In this document: positions 61,674-64,000 of the stretch, piece after piece
How positions within the stretch are numbered: the first letter of the stretch is position 1
Layout of the letters: every line of letters begins with the position of its first letter
Assembly (NCBI GenBank): GCA_965223425.1
Contig: OZ245003.1
Span: forward strand, 1,248,001-1,312,000
Source: Nitrosopumilus sp.
Lineage (GTDB): Archaea; Thermoproteota; Nitrososphaeria; Nitrososphaerales; Nitrosopumilaceae
Length of the DNA: 64,000 bases
Direction of reading: 5' to 3'
The notes under the pieces: model-generated
The model's database searches: none
What the model was told of the DNA's origin: nothing
The model's input: the letters and a program-made list of their open reading frames with translations, nothing else
Translations under genes and position numbers: made by a program

Positions 61674-62750
61674 CAGCTACACGAAATGTGCCCCAAGCCT
61701 GAGATCATGTAGGCGGTTTGGACTGGCGTATGGGAAGTGATTCCAGCTGCACCCTAAACGTCAGCATGGTCATGGCACTCTGCCTTTCAGTGCCATCAGA
61801 AAGCATTGCCCTGACAATCACCCATTCATTGTACAACCTTCTTGGGCATCAGAGTCTTTGGCCTTTTTCCTGTCAGTTATTATCATGGAATATTCAGCAG
61901 CAGAACCCAGGTTGTTTTCAATTACGTTCCCTGAGATTTTCCTTCTCTTCCCCTGTGCAAACTCTCGCAGGGCTGCCACTACGTTGTACGTATTCTTGCA
62001 CGGCATCAGAAACTTTACGTTGTTTTCCTGCAGCTTGTTTATCGCATCAACTGAGAAGAACTCACGGTCAAGCAACACCAGATGTGTCCTGATGCCCCCA
62101 TCCCTGCCATGGTTTTGAGGACGGCATCCACGTAATCAGGCACGGATTCAAGCATCTTCAGGTATGATGCGGCAAGAACGATACGCATCTTGTCATTTAC
62201 GCACTGGACTCATGTAACGCTCAAGTATTTGGTTCCGTTCTTGTATTTGGAACGTGTCAGCTCCGCCCCCGGTACCCTGTCATAGCGCGGTATGAGGTGC
62301 ATGTCAATTGCCATGCCCAGTCCTTTTTTTGGAAACCTGCCCAGTCTTTTGAGGGTTTCAAGATGCCTTGCTATCTGGCCTTCAAGCGTGTGCTGTATTG
62401 CATCCTGCTCATCCCTTGATTGCAGATGCAATCCACCTGTCAGACGGTGTGTTGCAGCGTTTGCGCCTTTGCGCATCTGCTACAGAAGAATCATGGTGGC
62501 AGCCTTTAGCATGCCGCAGTTCAGATCATCTGATCCAAACGTTGCGCTGTACCTGTCTGATGTGTTGGCGCATGCAAGCATGTTTTTGGCGCCGTCTGCA
62601 ACATCTTCATATATGCGTGGATTGTTTAGCAGTTTGCGGCCCTGTCTGGTTTTTTGTCTAAGCAACAGAAATCATGGGGTCGTACCCTCATTGATCTGTT
62701 TGCATTTTGTAGCCGATTTGGCCTGAATTAGAGCAGATTTCGCTTAGCTG
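61674..62750 (-). mobile_element. Degenerate ISH3-family element
   Basis: IR cagcta(ca/ag)cgaaat, 5-bp TSD aagtt (61669-61673, 62751-62755); transposase fragments AIDMHLIPRYD and LLDREFFS with frameshifts and an apparent 3' deletion. Confidence 0.88.
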
Positions 62751-62832
62751 AAGTTTACGCATAAAATTTGACTAGAAATACAATTTTTGTATAGAAGAAG
62801 TCAAATACAGCATGTAACTAGCAACATTTCCA

Positions 62833-64000
62833 ATGAATCCATCATATGATGAAATAGTAAAAGCAAGCAAGATGCGAGGGGGTGAGATAAAAAAAATCCC
62901 ATTAATACGCTCTACAACATTTAGTGACCTTACAGGCTCTGATGTTTACCTAAAAGCAGAGTTTCGACAAAGAACAGGCTCATTTAAAATTCGTGGGGCA
63001 TACTACAAGATAAAGTCATTATCTGATGAGGACAAAAAACATGGGGTTGTTGCAGCATCTGCAGGTAATCATGCTCAGGGTGTTGCGTTTGCATCTTTGC
63101 TAGAAAAAATTTCTTGTACTATTGTTATGCCAAAAAACGCATCACCTGCAAAAGTAGCAGCAACTAAAGGATATGGGGCAAATGTTGTACTGGAAGGGAC
63201 AAACTATGATGAATCGTATGCTAAAGCAAAAGAAATTGCTAAGGATGCTGGAGCCACTTTAATCCACGCATTTGATGACCCCCAAATCATAGCGGCACAA
63301 GGAGTAATTGGGTTTGAAATTTTAGAAGATTTGCCAGACGTGGATGAAATTTATCTCCCAATCGGTGGCGGAGGTTTGGCAGCAGGAATATTAATTGCAG
63401 TAAAAGAAAAAAATCCAAACATAACAGTCGTGGGCGTTCAATCAAACTCTTTCCCGTCCATGTACGAGTCCGTAAAACAAAATTCGTTAACCTCTGCTGG
63501 AGGTGGACGAACAATAGCAGATGGTATTTCTGTAAAAAATCCGGGGCAGTTAACGTTTGAGATAATCAACAAATTGATAGACAAAATTGTTCTTGTTGAT
63601 GATGCTGAAATTGCAAAGGCGATGTTTCTATTAATGGAGAGAATGAAATTTGTTGTAGAGCCTGCCGGAGCCGCAAGTTTGGCCTATCTAATTTCAAAAA
63701 AACCTGCGCCTGGAAAAAAGATAGTTGCGATACTAGCAGGGGGAAACGTTGACATGTATCTTTTAGGGCAGATTGTAGATAAGGGGTTAGCAGCAATGGG
63801 ACGTTTACTTAAAATCTCAGTATTGTTGACTGATAGACCAGGTACATTCAGGGATATCATCGATGAGATAGCCATGGCTAATGCAAACATCATAGAAGTA
63901 ATACATGATAGGCTTAGTTCAGACATCAACGCAGGTTCAGCCAGAGTTACCCTTAGTCTTGAAACCCAAGGAAAAGAACAGTCAAACCAGCTAATTGAAT
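62833..64000 (+). CDS. ilvA: Threonine ammonia-lyase with C-terminal ACT domain (runs off the window)
   Basis: LKAEFRQRTGSFKIRGA, ASAGNHAQG, IHAFDD, PIGGGGL, IADGI, VVEPAGA; absent from the ORF track because there is no stop in the window. Confidence 0.93.
   Translation, partial: MNPSYDEIVKASKMRGGEIKKIPLIRSTTFSDLTGSDVYLKAEFRQRTGSFKIRGAYYKIKSLSDEDKKHGVVAASAGNHAQGVAFASLLEKISCTIVMPKNASPAKVAATKGYGANVVLEGTNYDESYAKAKEIAKDAGATLIHAFDDPQIIAAQGVIGFEILEDLPDVDEIYLPIGGGGLAAGILIAVKEKNPNITVVGVQSNSFPSMYESVKQNSLTSAGGGRTIADGISVKNPGQLTFEIINKLIDKIVLVDDAEIAKAMFLLMERMKFVVEPAGAASLAYLISKKPAPGKKIVAILAGGNVDMYLLGQIVDKGLAAMGRLLKISVLLTDRPGTFRDIIDEIAMANANIIEVIHDRLSSDINAGSARVTLSLETQGKEQSNQLIE

Overview
Chromosomal window from an ammonia-oxidising archaeon of the Nitrosopumilus/Nitrosopumilaceae type. 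This assignment is inferred from aRF1, purP, aspS-gatCAB, cbtAB, an archaeal tRNA-Phe and typical thaumarchaeal small proteins. Housekeeping blocks (ilvD, prf1, phnDCE, purP, aspS/gatCAB, pduO, ilvA) alternate with AT-rich accessory stretches. These carry many higher-GC insertion sequences (IS481, IS5, IS66, ISH3, IS630, an IS6-like remnant), two MITEs and many pseudogenes, including a GT2, HicA and PIN toxins, a restriction endonuclease and an acyl-CoA synthetase. Four features stand out. (1) A 1291-bp element holding only a catalytically intact TnpB is bounded by perfect 25-bp IS6-like terminal inverted repeats and an 8-bp target duplication, and one TIR appears to form the 3' end of the omegaRNA scaffold. 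(2) Three unrelated CRISPR-sized repeat-spacer-repeat units each follow a hairpin-rich non-coding stretch downstream of a transposase gene, with no cas genes in the window. (3) A ribosomal-uS10-like protein is paired with a class III nucleotide cyclase. (4) An ABC-ATPase is paired with a PIN-like nuclease. All family assignments come from motif recognition by eye and no database search was run.
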